A stretch of DNA of 59,418 nucleotides, filler included, from Sphacelaria rigidula (GCA_964200075.2; 8 parts of 8 records of this genome joined end to end with filler, not necessarily neighbours in it), one strand, 5' to 3'; shown: positions 1 to 13,079, numbered from the whole stretch's first letter. Program-made: numbers and translations. The notes: generated by a model from the letters alone, not told the origin.

Positions 1-149
1 CCCCCCCCCCCCGGTTGCAAGGGCGCCGAGCTATCCGTGGGCCGCCGCATTGCTATCGCGGTGAAGGTTGCGAGGACAACTAATCGTTTGTTTTCCCCTG
101 GGGACCCCCAAGTGTACTCGTTATAGTGTGGGGAGGATATTATACTGGT

Positions 150-435
150 CTTAGTATAGGGGGACGCGACATGGATCGTTGAGTTGGAGCGTTGAGTAGA
201 GGGGGGGGCCTACTGTTGTTTGGTTTGCCCCCCAAGTGTCTTGGTTTTAGTGTGGGACCCCCAAGTGTCTTGTTTTTAGTATAGGGGACGCGACATGGAT
301 CGTTGAGTTGGAGCGTTGGGTAGAGGGGGGGCCTACTGTTGTTTGGTTTGCCCCCCAAGTGTCTTGGTTTTAGTCTGGGGTCACCATTATACTGGCTTTA
401 GTATGGGGGATGCGACATGGATCGTTGAGTAGAGG
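150..435. repeat. Tandem repeat, ~122-bp unit, ~2.3 copies
   Basis: GGGGA(C/T)GCGACATGGATCGTTGAGT recurs at ~160, ~284 and ~406, with shared CCCCAAGTGTCTTG blocks. Confidence 0.85.
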
Positions 436-897
436 GGGGTTAGGTTTAGGGTTGGGGATGTTCTTGGGGGTTTTTAGTGTTTTTTGATAGTGCCCCCAGT
501 GGAAAGTGGTCAAAATACGGCCATTTTTGGCCTGACTACTTTTTTGTTAGCCGCTAGCACATGCAGGGTAGTGTGCAAGAGAAAAAAAAAATGTGTTTCA
601 ACCCGAAAAACGCTCAAGGTTTCAAAAAAATTATCGTCGAAGACATCCGACACCGTCAAGGGTTCGTACAAACACAACTCCCCAGACTGATGGGACAGAG
701 GAAGTATATATATATATATATATATACAGAGGTAGAGAAAGAGAGAAAGTTATCACCGAATTTTGACCCTTCGTCTACGAAATGATTCTCATCTTGAGCC
801 CTACGCACACCAACCGTTCTTGCACTTGACACTTCAAGAGCTTCGCAGCCGAAAGAGGTCCTGGAAATATATGGCTATACTTCATCATCCAGCATAC

Positions 898-1061
898 CTG
901 CCCCCGCCGTCTTCCTGGTCCGAAGTGTTGGCGGCCGCAGCACTGCTAGATTTTCCGGGCGACGGGGAGTTGGTGTTTGAATTGCTGCTGCTGTTGTTGG
1001 TAGTACCGCCGGTGCGAGAAGAGTTAGCACTCTGCCTCCTCTTCGATTGCCTGGAGGACAT
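898..1061 (-). CDS. Possible first coding exon of an unknown Ser/Asn-rich protein
   Basis: ATG at 1061 reads MSSRQSKRRQSANSSRTGGTTNNSSSNSNTNSPSPGKSSSAAAANTSDQEDGGG, followed by a CAG|GTATGC donor; low-complexity sequence, no recognisable domain. Confidence 0.4.
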
Positions 1062-2219
1062 ACCGCACCTTCCTCACCAGGGCCAGCGATGGCAACGGCG
1101 ATGACGGCAATGACAACGATGATCGCTCCTCAAGACAAACCGTCAGCGACGCCTTCTTGCCTCTCGTTTCCCGCTGTCTCGTCTTGGTCAACAGATCTAC
1201 CTTGCGACGCGTAGTGGAAGGCACCGAACGTCTGTCCCCTCTCCTCGCCCGGGCGGCTGAAAGAACGGATCTTGTTGTTCCTTGTTTCTGTAGCGTGTCA
1301 GCCGAGTGTAGGTGCTACCGTATCCTCTCTCCCTCGCCCTCCCTGGTTTTCGCCGCTCGCTTGCACTCCGGGCAACAGTGCTACGCGGGTGACAAGCTGA
1401 GCGAGAGAATGAGAGAAAAGCGGACCGGATCGGATCGGGTTGGTGCGAGAAGGTTAACAATGGGTAGCGGGCAGCAAAAAACAAGAAACACAAAACCAGT
1501 CGGGGTTAGAGTAGTCAGGCCAGTCGACGCATGTTCGAAAACATGATCAATACTGAAGAGCACTACGGCGCGCCTTACCTTGTACTACGTATATAAATAT
1601 ATTAATATATATTTACACATACGTATCTTGAGTTAACAATGCTGCTATTATATGTACATACGTAACCGTCATTTCGGAACAGTTTTGGTAGATACATTCT
1701 CCGAATAGCACTGACCAACCCCCTCCGAGACGTAACTTGAGGAAGCACCAAAAGTTAAGCGGGCCGCAAAAATGGTGGGAGCAATAACATGAGCTCGAGT
1801 ATAGTACAGTCTGTGTACCGGTTGCCATCAAATGCATAGAAGTGAGACAGGCGTGGCCGGCATTGACATGGCTCTCTGATGGAGTAGTTTGAAAAGAAAC
1901 GATCTTCCTTGATCCTTCAAGTACCCAGATCCCTGCTTGGCCGGGCTTTGGCTTCGGGCAGGGGTATTCGGATTTTATTTTAAAGGAGAGACGACGTCTC
2001 CACAGAAAAAAAATGTTGCCGAGCGTCTACCGCACGTAATGAAGTTATTCGTGCATAAGAAGCTTTGCTTTTCAAAAAGGAACTGCCGATCGTAGACTAG
2101 TACACATTGGCGTAGATATCTCAAAAAACTATTATTGGGATACACACACCGATACAGAAATAGGGAAGGGGAAGGCACAGATACGCAGCATCGACGTCAT
2201 CATTAGAAACTTGCACCTT

Positions 2220-3123
2220 GATACTAGGATTAAGAGATGTATTCTGATGAGAGTGATGAGACCCAAGATAGAACATGGACAAGTACTATCAGTAAGAGAA
2301 GAATTGGGAGTGTACCCGCTACCAAAAAACAGAGACATGACAAAAAATTGAAATGGCAACATAACGCAAGGAGCATGCCAAGAAATAGATTGCCCGCCCT
2401 GGTTGATAGGGCTGTATGGAAGAAAGTAACGAAAGGGCAGGCTGGAATAAGATGGGATAGCGTAGTCGATGAAATATGGTAGGATGTGGGAGGGGATAAA
2501 GACGAGATGATGTCCAAGGGTGCCTGTGGGGAATACAAGACAGCAATTAGAGACATGATAAAAATAAGGGAAAAATAAGCGCTAAGACGGAAAATGGCCA
2601 ATTAATAACACCTGGAAATATACGGGGGGGTGCCCGAGGGGATAAGGATGAAGACGTATTTGCATGACCCAACGGACTACGCGAAGATGAAACTGTCATT
2701 TCGGGTTGGGGATCAGGATCTGCCAGAACGAAGAAAGAGGTATACCAGTAGTCTAGTGGAGGAGGAAGTGGATGCGCGGAATTGTCTCTGTGGCAAAGCA
2801 ATAGAGAATAGAACCCATGTAGTGGGAGAATGTGAACTATACAAGGAGGAAGGGGGCGTGTCAAAGGAAGAAATGGAAAATGAAGGTGGAATGGAATCGT
2901 TTGATGCTCTAGACAGTAGAGAGAAAATGATCGCTACACTAGGAGATGAATAGTAGTCACAGATGGCCAAACAGGAAGGGGATGAGGTAACGGTTTCTGT
3001 GCAATGTATCCGAATGTTGGAGGTGTCTCTTATCGAGATTAGGAACGGCAGTCTGTCTCGAGAGGAATACGTGATCAACGATCAAATGACTACGGTAACC
3101 AACAAATGAGTAACCCCCCTCCC
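2220..3123 (+). mobile_element. Degenerate non-LTR retrotransposon ORF2 3' part (C-run-ended family A)
   Basis: Frameshifted VREELGVYPL...KLKWQHNARSMPRNRLPA...GIRWDSVV (post-RT region) and the C-terminal zinc knuckle CLCGKAIENRTHVVGEC; ends in AACAAATGAGTAACCCCCC like the short copies elsewhere. Confidence 0.8.
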
Positions 3124-3611
3124 AGCCTCATCCTCGAGACGCGTCCATGGTCTCAAGAGATTGACCCATTCCACCCTTGCACACGCCGTAGCCTTTGGTA
3201 TCTCTCCCACACCGTTTCGACTTGGACGGTCGTCACATGAACAATATTTCAAGCGTCTGACGAATCATGGCTGCTTAGAGTCACCGAACCTACAATTTCT
3301 TTGGCCTGAGAGCTCGAAAGAGCGGGGGAAAGTTGACTATCATCGGGTCAAAACATTCTCTAGGCAATTTTAGCGCTATTCCACGTGCCTGTGATGCGCG
3401 TACCTGGGGCGATATGCTGAAAATAAAGCCGAAGGATTGATTCGTACTGTACAAATCAACAACACTAAAATCAAGTGATTTTCAGACGAATCATTCATTC
3501 CTCCGACCCTTTTAAATCTTTGTTACTCACATGCTCTCGTGTTAGTCAACGACGAGGAATCAGGTACCTCCTCGGAACAAAACCCGCGTCTGCCACCCTA
3601 CTGTACGGTAT

Positions 3612-3909
3612 GGTGAGACAACCATGAGGCAGTGCATACATAAGCCGTGGCTGTCTTTGGAAGTGGCGATACCAGAAAATAAAGCAACTCATTGGAGGCT
3701 GTCATCCAAATGCAAGATAATCAGTAGGCTTCGGGCCAAACAATCTCAGCAGGATGCAGCTCACCCTTCATGCGACTCGCCGAACACACCACAGCGCTTC
3801 GCGCTTGGTTGCAAGCCTGGCCCGGCGAAAACCCGGTGTGCTCCGTCCCGGCTTCGTAGGGGTGCGAGGTCAATGATCTTATGACTACGGCATGCAAGAT
3901 CATGAGTAC
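3612..3909 (+). mobile_element. Non-LTR 3' fragment, family B
   Basis: Homologous to 53795-54056 and 14881-14952; ends GGTCAATGATCTTATGACTACGGCATGCAAGATCATGAGTAC. Confidence 0.7.
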
Positions 3910-4219
3910 TGTACGGGCTTGCCCCGTAGTATTTCAAGTTAGCCAACCGGGGTCCAGTAGCTGTCGATATCGTTTTTCTCGTTAATATTGCACTCCCTGG
4001 ACAATGACAATGTACGGTGAACAGTAGCAATAACCTATAACTTTACGCAGTACAGTTTTTGTTAATTGCAACTATAATATTCACCACCTAGTGTCCACGG
4101 TGTGTAATGTTGCATAATTATTTTCGCAATTGTCACACACAGCTATAAGATGGCCAAGCTTGAAACCATTGCTTGGCGCGTGACCAGCCTTGTACAGACA
4201 ATTTTTCAAGAGCTAGCAG

Positions 4220-4397
4220 CTGCTTTGTTGGGCGAGTCGCACGAACGGTGAGCTGCATCCTGCTACGATTGTTCGATACGAAGCGTACTAATCATCTTGC
4301 ATATAGATGACAGCCTCGAGTGGGTTGCTTCATTTTCTAGTATGGGCATTTTCAGAGATAACCACAGATTGCATTGCATCATGAGTGTCTCGCCATT
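4220..4397 (-). mobile_element. Inverted internal fragment of family B
   Basis: Diverged reverse complement of ~3612-3790 (GGCGAGTCGCA...GTGAGCTGCATCCTGCT...GATGACAGCCTC...GGTTGCTT). Confidence 0.7.
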
Positions 4398-6689
4398 TCA
4401 ACACTACGTGGTAGTACGATCATCCCCTTTGCCCGCAGCTGAGGTTCTCCGCCCCGCACAACCTAATCTAACTCGATCACCATCATGGCTAGTTGAGGGG
4501 GGAGTAACGTCCCGGGTTCGAATCACGACGCAGATATATATGAACATGTATCATTTCGCAATTTTCACCACTTTTGCCGAGTTTTCTCTGACGGCAACGA
4601 ATTTTATACCGCGCTTTGTTTTGCAGTGCACGAAGAACGTGCAGCGGTACATTACCTGTGAGGTTTAGGTGTCATGTGATACCGGTGGCGCGTGTTCTGG
4701 CCATCGAAAGTCGCCCAAACTGGCTCTATTTCGCGGGGTGCCGATCCCGAACCACAAAAGCCTCTCTCAAGATCGTGGAAAACTTCAAGCAAGAACCACA
4801 AAAGCCCGCTCATGGCGGGGTATTTTTAAGCGTGATTTTCTTTGCGTTCTCGATGTGTTGGGAACACCAAGACAGCGGTTAAGCAGCGAATGCCACGAGA
4901 ACATGGGAGCAAAGCAGTTGAAAACAGCTGGACATTGCCTTGACCTAGTCAGCAGTAAACACAAGTCGAATGATCTGAGATCCCTTATCATTTAGTTTTG
5001 ACGTGAAGCCTCTAACACGGTCATATCTGCGTAATGTGTGCCCCAATTATGCGAACATAACAATCCCCAGAAGCATGGTGAAGAACACTGAAGAATGCGC
5101 AGATTGATAATAGAGGAAGGGGTCACAGTCACAGCTGCAGCAGGGGAAATCGCTGATGGCCTGGTATGCATTGATACGGTGGATACCCACGGTGCGTGGC
5201 ATTTCATTTTTTCAACACCCTGCTCTCTGATGATGGCTAGATAGAGTGGGTACAGTGACAGTTGTCCACGCAGGCTGCGATGGATCCTGCCGGCCTCATC
5301 ATTAATCCTCGCCCACTCATGGACGAACGCTCGAAGAAACCCAGCAAACACGCGTCGCTTATCGTCCGCTGTATATGTGAGGGTTGGGAGCTGGACATTT
5401 CGGCTTCAAAAAATCTCGACAGTCGAAGATTAAGCTCCTCCTGTCGCGCGACCATTGGGTAGTGCCACGGACCCTTGCCGGGGTACCTGGCACTGGGGGC
5501 GACATCCCGGTACAGACAGTCCCATCACTACCGGGACGGCCCTGCAAACAGGCCGGCAGCCAAAATGGCCGTTGCACTGATGTTCTTCTAGCGTTATCAA
5601 CTCGGAGTAAGGCCGCACAGACTTTGCACGTGAATATTTTGGTGATTACCTCACTTTCATTCCGGCCATGTGCTGTGGATTATTCCACGATCTCACCGCC
5701 TGATATGTATGGAAATGTATTACACCCTAGACGAGCTTTCTACAGTCAGTGTACAAATTATAAGCATGTCCTGTGCACAGTATAGGAGCTATTGCCTTCT
5801 GCGACGTGCGTAGTACTCGTACAAAAGTGGGAACTGCGCGCACTCTGACTTCAAGACAGTGTAGAAATCTCCACGAGGTATGAATTGTTACAGCCGGCTT
5901 GCGCCCCATAGCGGCTGTGCTGCCATACAGCTCCGCTCAAGATACAGGCAGGAATTATAGCGGCAGAAGCGATCTATTACTCTTGCGTGCGCCACCTAGG
6001 ACGAATGCACACTTTTGAGCTGAACCTCACTTTTTTTAAACCCCATTTTCGAGAATCGACTGTTATCTACTACTGGAAGGTACATATTCGCCCACACAAT
6101 TGCCTCCATAATATGAAAAAGGAATAATACAGTACAGTAAAACTGGTTTCTTTTCGACTTGCGTCACCCCCGGGAGGCCAGTACCAACCTCCCGAAGGGG
6201 AATCTTGTATATATATATATATATATTAGCACAAATACAATCTGTTTCCGTCTTCATGAAGCGCGACCGGACGTGCATGGCAAATGAAAATTTCAAGGTT
6301 GCGTTCTGTAGCGTATTAGCGGAAGTGAGATTTTTTTGGTTGGCATACTCTAACTGCGCCATACCAAAACGTGTACTGAACATTCCGGTGTTGTCTGGAA
6401 GGGTTTCTAGCCTTGTTCCGAACAATCCGGTACGGTTGGGAAGGGTATTTACTGACAAAATATGTTTTTGAAACTTCTGTCAACACCCTATCAAGAATTT
6501 CAGCCTTCATACGCTACAAATCACGACCTAGCAAATTTCGGTGAGATTCGACGGGGTGCGGGAGAGTGCTGCTATAATAGTCATGATCCAATCCGCGACA
6601 CGAGCCCAAGAGTGTCACGAAAAAAATGATCATACAGCGCCTGATGATTGGATTCAGGCTGCATGAAGTGCCTCATGCTAGCGACAATG

Positions 6690-7315
6690 GCGAAAACGAA
6701 CCCAAGCGTGGGAATTGCCAGCTTCTCGTTATGCTCGCCTTTTTCCATTTCGATTTACGTGTAAATATAGATTTTGCCTCTCCAAACCAGGCATTTTTGG
6801 GGGGGAGGGGCTATGGTATAAAATGTCTGCTATAAAAGTCATGATCCAAACTACGACAACCAGAATGCAGTGAGGCACTTGTTGTACTGGAAGAGAGCTG
6901 GTTATTCATATCGTGAAAAGAAAAGGAAGGGGGCGGTGTCTACAGCATGAAAATGGAAAAACTGAAAAAGTGCCGGGCACATCCTTGTTCCACGTTTGAA
7001 GGAGTGAATGCACTATAATAGTGTTTATTTTCCCGGCCACATTTCATCCTCATCATCTCGTTTGTCATTTGTTCTGAAATCTTCGCACATGCATGACACT
7101 CGGCATGTGCGTGATGACAGTTTTTTCCTCTGCGTTGTGTTTCCACCCTTGGAAAATTGTTCCGATTCTCCCTCAAAGTCCAGTCAACTGACGACACTTT
7201 CTACGATAGCCCCCCCACCAAAAGTGCATGGTTTTGGCAGGCAAATCTTCACGCAAATCGAAATGGGAAAAGCCGAGCACAACGAGAAGCTGGGAATTCC
7301 CACGCCTGGGTCAGT
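6690..7315. repeat. Diverged ~130-bp inverted repeat pair (6690-6828 / 7191-7315), probable non-autonomous DNA transposon
   Basis: GCGTGGGAATTGCCAGCTTCTCGTTATGCTCG at ~6706 versus CGAGCACAACGAGAAGCTGGGAATTCCCACGC at ~7274. Confidence 0.7.
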
Positions 7316-7340
7316 CATAGCGAATGTGTCCAATATGGGG

Positions 7341-7440
7341 NNNNNNNNNNNNNNNNNNNNNNNNNNNNNNNNNNNNNNNNNNNNTTAATTAATTAANNNN
7401 NNNNNNNNNNNNNNNNNNNNNNNNNNNNNNNNNNNNNNNN
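7341..7440. other. Artificial contig linker (N44-TTAATTAATTAA-N44)
   Basis: 100-bp spacer with a six-frame stop palindrome; identical copies recur every 7440 bp. Confidence 0.98.
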
Positions 7441-7460
7441 TTGTCTTTCTCGGTCGCCAG

Positions 7461-7498
7461 CGTGCACACCGCCCTCAGAGCGTTGCGGCCGGCCGGGG

Positions 7499-7543
<45 letters not shown>

Positions 7544-9822
7544 TAACCGCCGCGTCTGCGACTTGCTTACAAATGGTCTATGTATGAGGTATTAAACTCG
7601 AACGTGTCGTCTCGGAAACGTAAGCTCGGCGTGACGATATTATTGGGGAAGCCCTGGCATCTCGCCGGGCCAGCTCGTCGTATAGTTGTTTACAATTTTC
7701 AACACAACGGAGAGTAAGTTTGTACATACTCATTCAAATAAATTCCCCTCGTCTTTCGCAGGTCATATCAGGTGGAGTGGAATGGGGTTGAGGCTGAGAC
7801 GCGGCTCGACATCGACCTGACATACTCTGGCTCTTACTCCTTCTGCTTCGATGTGACTGTTCTCGAATGCGGTATGTTCTTGTGGTCGTGGGTTTCTGTG
7901 TGTTGGACATATTGGATGTTTGACACGTCCCGCACTAGCACTGATCGTTGTTCGGGGCGAGACATGATATACCGTACGGTGGCCTGAACGGCACCAAAGT
8001 GGCCGGGATTGGCAACGGGTCGCACGAAAAGGTCACACCGGCGGAGAACCGTAGAAATGAAGAAATACGCCTTGGCGTTGTGGGGCATGGCAGTGTGCAG
8101 GACAGTTTCACAAATATCCCGCTCGCTTTCCGTTTCCAGCGATGTTGAAAACGAGTACAGTAGTAGCTACGTGTGTGACCGGGAGAAACAACTGAAATCA
8201 AGTAGAATCCTGGATCGTGGGCCGCGAACAGAACTCGCTGACCAGCCACCTTCAGCAGCCAAAAGCTAGCAGAATGGCTTTCCCAGCCACTGTACTTGAG
8301 TTTTGCGCGTGACACTCTGCGCGCTGCCGGTGGTTGCCCATATTGGGTCATTCCAGTGGCAGTATTTTCGTAATCTGCGTACTGCATCATCGCATGGGCG
8401 TATGTTGCCGAAATACGGTACCTTCGCCGAAGATGATGTAAGGTGGAATTTTCGACCGCCCCCCCTATGCACACCTCAAACCGTCCGTGCACCCATATAC
8501 ACACAGGAGAACTGCGGCTTCCTCCTAGACCCGTTGTGCCCTGAGGCCGAGGGCTGTGTGCAGGACACGAACGGAGGTCACGAGGTGGTCATGCCAGAGC
8601 CGTCGTCAGGAGTTTCGAGCAACGGCTATAGGGTACGAATTGCGGAAGTTGGGGGCCAGGCCAGGGTTCGATGCTCCGATGACTTCTACCTGATGTCATC
8701 TGCAGACGTCGGGGAGCTTGGCGAACCTGGGGGGGCGTCGATCGAGATCCTTTTTCCTACGGTGGACGACGTGGCGGTTTCTGGGGAGGAGTACACGGTC
8801 CAGCTGTGTCATTTTGAGCGATTACTCCTGAGGCTAGACCATTGCAGCACACCACGAGACAGCGGGCATACCGCGTCCACACTCTTTCTTTTTCTTTTTC
8901 TTTTAGATGCTTTTGCCCTGTGTTTTGTCGACCGTTCTCGAGAATACTCTGTTGTTTTCCATCTTTATTTCCCCTTAGCACGCTGCTTCACTGTCCTCGT
9001 GTTTCTTGCCCCCTCCACCTGCCTGCTTGCTTTTCGCCTGAATCAGTTCGATTTCTCCAACGGACTCGGAAGCGAGACGGGACGCTCCAAGATCGATCTC
9101 TACTTTCAAGCATCTATAGAGAGCCCCTTCCAGGGCGACTGCGGTCAGTGTGTCGGCTCTATCTGCGACAGGCCCGACATCGGCTGCAGAGACACCTGTG
9201 AGTACCTCCGAGTAGTGCTGCACCAGTTTGCCTGTGAATGGCATTGGAAACATTCCGGATTTCCTCACTTTTTCGCCTAGCTGCTGCAATCGCGTGACAT
9301 TGAGAGTTGAAATGTGGGGGGAAATTATGACAAGTGACTGCGTCCATACGACATGTTCCAAGCACCTTTTACATGTGACGAACGTTTCTCTGCATAGCTG
9401 TGTTCTCCTAGCTTGGTGAAAGTCGCTCGGTTTTGTTGACGTGTTGTGTTGCCGTGGACCCGACCCTCTTGCTTCCCGTGTGTGGAGCAGTATGACTGAG
9501 AGGGGGCTGAGGCGGAGGCGAGGAAAGGGACGAAGGGGTGCCCGCAATAGCAACAATGTAGGCTCGACGGTATCGGTACCGGCACATTCTGCGCTTGTAC
9601 GCTAATTGCTTTGGATTTGTTGTATGTAACCCCTCACTCTTCCCCCCCACCCTCTCCACTTCTCGCAATGCCCTTGACGTATGTCCACCACAGCGAGACT
9701 GCAACGTGGTGATGCCAACTGTAACCGACGCGGGGATGTTCAAGATCCGGGTGGGAGTGTTCGGGGATGATTCCGTATATGCTTGCGCTGAGACATTCGA
9801 AATCATGCCTCCATTGTTGTGA
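7461..9822 (+). pseudogene. Spliced gene for a Cys-rich tandem two-domain, probably extracellular protein; likely decaying
   Basis: Phase-compatible exons 7762-7852 (SYQVEWNGVEAETRLDIDLTYSGSYSFCFD), 8507-8803 (ENCGFLLDPLC...YRVRIAEV...CSDDFYL...EEYTVQ), 9047-9197 (FDFSNG...KIDLY...GDCGQCVGSICDRPDIGCRDT) and ~9694/9698-9822 (CNVVMP...FKIRVG...ACAETFEI*). Internally duplicated domain. Donor at 8804 is CT not GT; last acceptor is out of phase unless the GAG at 9695-9697 is used. A possible further exon remnant lies at ~7461-7495. Confidence 0.75.
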
Positions 9823-12800
9823 TGGGTGTACACAATTTGGGATGTAAATGGATATTACCGTAGAACCGTTTATATGGCGTACCTCGAGCGTGGTTGTTGG
9901 TTGTTTTAGATGCAGATGTAATCCCGTCTGCTCCCCTTGTTGCTGAGAGAGTCTACATTCATCGCAATTCGAGGGTGGACACACGTGCAAAGGCTAGCCC
10001 TTGGGCAGCCGAGTGCCAATGCAGGCGACAGGAGTCGGAGTACATTATGGCATTAAATATGTTATAATTGTGTTCATGCGGAATTATTGTGTTCAGGCGG
10101 GAGAGGTTGGTAAACGTGCGTCGATGTGGCGGCAGGGACCCTTGGATTCAGTGGGTTCTCTTTGTGGTGGTTGCTTTGGGGAGGAACATGGGCTCGCCAG
10201 AATGTTGTTTCAAGTAGAGGAACACATCGGCTTGTTCCTCGTATGTATGTGGTTTTTTTACCTGGGACAGGCTATGCAAACCTCCCTGGCACACTCGATC
10301 TGCGACGTTCTGCAGAAATGTTTAGTTGTGGCAAACGGTGCTTTGTTGGGCCAGTTCGAAGTTGTGAGTTACTTGTGGCGGGATGGGGATGATTTTTGTG
10401 AAGGGCTGTGACTGCAGTGAATGCTCCGCCGTGTATGGGACATCGACATCCCCGAAGCTAGCTGCTGGGGTGGTAGTAGGAGGGGGCTATTTGCTCCTGC
10501 CGGGTAAGTAGAGGCAGATAGGGGGGTGGGGGGGGGGGGGGGCAGTACGAAACGTTTGCTGCAATTATCACGTGCTACCACTAATTTATTCAGTCTTCAG
10601 TCAATGCCTCCTTTATGTTTTGCTCGATTTCGAAGTGATTCGATTTTGCGTTGAACTCGACGGGGAGATGCAGTCGCTAGGTGTGTCGACCCTTCGCCGT
10701 ATTGTTGCGCCGTTGCGTGTCCGTTCGACAAAACTATCAAACGTTTGCTCGTGGTGTTTTTTTTCTAGTACAACTGTGTGCATCTAATGTCTTCCCACAA
10801 TAATGTATTCTGGTTTGAGTCGACGTCAAGCATCAAGCATGCACAAGTGTCGCTGGACCCATGACGTAGCTCCATGACGAACAAAACCTAGGCAAACTTG
10901 AAACCTGACATCTCGAAGGCGAGGGTGTTAGTCGTAATCATGTGGCCCTGTGCTAACCCACCATATCGAGCAGACCGATCCTACCCGGAGCTTCAACCCT
11001 TGAACGTACTCACGAGATGATGGCGTATCCCTGGGTAATAAATATTGAAAAGCGACTAAACAGCATACACGTATTGTGGATTCACATCAAGGTGTTGGTT
11101 TGATGACGTGTGCGGTACACGACGAATCTTCGATCTTACTGAAGTGGGCACTTTCGAAACTTGCAGTGTTCTCGACCTTTTGGGTTCACATGATGCGTTC
11201 TCTTGAATGAAAACAGCAAACAGCAGTACGGAACAGTACAGCGCACCACCCGGGCAGCGAGTCGGCACGCACACTTCGTAAAACTTGCGGATCACGGTAC
11301 ACAATGGGTATCCAGTACGCAGATATGGCACACGGAGTTCTGGAGTTCTCCGGAATATGTAGTGTTCAGCGACTGATGGGCACCAATAGGGGGACTCTTT
11401 ATGAGCAACGACGGCGGTGCAGCTGCACCGGTAAGCACCGGTGAGCCCATCGCTCCCGTCGCTGCTGCACATCATGCAAGTTCGGCCGATACGTAGACAT
11501 CACCCACGCCTACGGTGCCTACAGCTGATATAGGCGGGATTGCAACAGCAATAATGGCGAGGCGCTATTGCCGGTGGCCCTGAATGCCGGAACAATGTGC
11601 ATCGTTGAAGCCCTGGGTGATCTTTCCGAAGCCATCCTCCACCGTACGCCACAGGACGGCTTCACTGCAGCTATTCAGCTCTCATACGGGTCTCTTGCGA
11701 GGAGGTCGTGAGGATATCACACCCTGGACGATATATTGCATTGTCACAGGTTGTAGTGCGGTCAGCATTGACTCTTGCGTCTATTGCAACAGTAAACCTT
11801 TGGACATAGCCATCTATTGTCCAGGGTGTTCAGGATATAGAGTAAGATTCCGAAGGTACGCTTTTTTCCCATCTCAGGGTCCACAGTAGTACTCAGTACT
11901 CCAGAGTACCCGGAAAACACCCTAATAGGAAGCCTCATGCTAGCATAATAGGAAGCCCCATGCACCGGGTGCATTGTCGCGGGAAGTTGTAGGCCTGCCG
12001 TGGCCAGTTGAGACCAGCTATCGTTCATGTAATACATTTTCCCATATTTGCCCACTCTCACACACATAACACACAACTGAATCAAGTGGGGGTGGGAAAT
12101 CGTTCATACAAAATCACACGTCATGATCCCGTATTTTCGGCACACGAAAAAAGGCGTGTGCCCCCAGTAGATTTGTACTGCAAGCACTAGATCGGGTATA
12201 CCTCAAATAACAGAATTGTAGCTCTTATTCGTATTCCCCCCGTACGTCATGATCCAGTCTTGATATCTGGAGCGTAAGTATAATCGATTACATTGTACGT
12301 GGTCAACATACGTACTTCAGTTGCTACAGATTCGGGGGAACTCGATTTTCCACGGATCTGGGCTCAGATACAAACGAATCTGAGCAATGCGTTCCCGGAT
12401 CTGAGGTCCCCTGATCTGCGTACAGATCCGTTTTTTCGACTGCCATACATCCGTTTTTTCGACTACGATACTGCCGACTGCGTGCGGTTAGACGGGAGAT
12501 CAACGAAGCTCACAGAGCACAGCAATGACGACAGTCCAGAGAAGGGGGGGTTGGGGGATGAACCCCCCCCGATGAGGGGTGTCGTTATGTCATGCAATGC
12601 TTGTCTTGATATATCTGGTATGCTTGTACGTATGGCTTTCCCTCGAGAGGCCGAAAGATGGAAGGTTGCGACTCTTAGTTCCTTGTTTGGTGGTTTTTTG
12701 GGGCCTTGAGTCTCGCCCGTAGTCGGACCCTGTGTTCATTTCTACTCGGCGTCGCGCGTCGAGATGAAAAGCCGGGAGCCACCCCCTGAAGTCCGAATGG

Positions 12801-13005
12801 CCACCTGCGGCCCGGATCTTCTGAGGTTAGCCAAATGTATTATTTTTCTTCTTTTTTATTATATTTCTGCTTGTATCTCGTTTTGTGAGTTTTCATCTGG
12901 GTCTATTTTGTTTTTTTTCGCTAGCCTGTGACCACGGAAGGCGTCCGCATCAGATGCCGAGTACGAATGTACCGCGCAAATATCGGAACGCTTTTTAATG
13001 TGAAG

Positions 13006-13010
13006 ACAAT

Positions 13011-13062
<52 letters not shown>

Positions 13063-13066
13063 GCAA
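13006..13066. repeat. (CAA)n microsatellite
   Basis: Run of CAA triplets. Confidence 0.97.
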
Positions 13067-13079
13067 TACAAAGTGGTCT

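Noticed and set aside
436..456. Telomere (GGGTTAGGTTTAGGGTT)
   Set aside because: Only 2-3 degenerate units, internal to the contig
7385..7396. Periodic TTAATTAATTAA palindrome every 7440 bp
   Set aside because: Embedded in N runs; a synthetic six-frame-stop linker, not biology
8303..9280. 325-aa ORF as a single-exon gene
   Set aside because: Only 8507-8803 and 9047-9197 are domain-like and bounded by splice signals; the remainder is intron read-through
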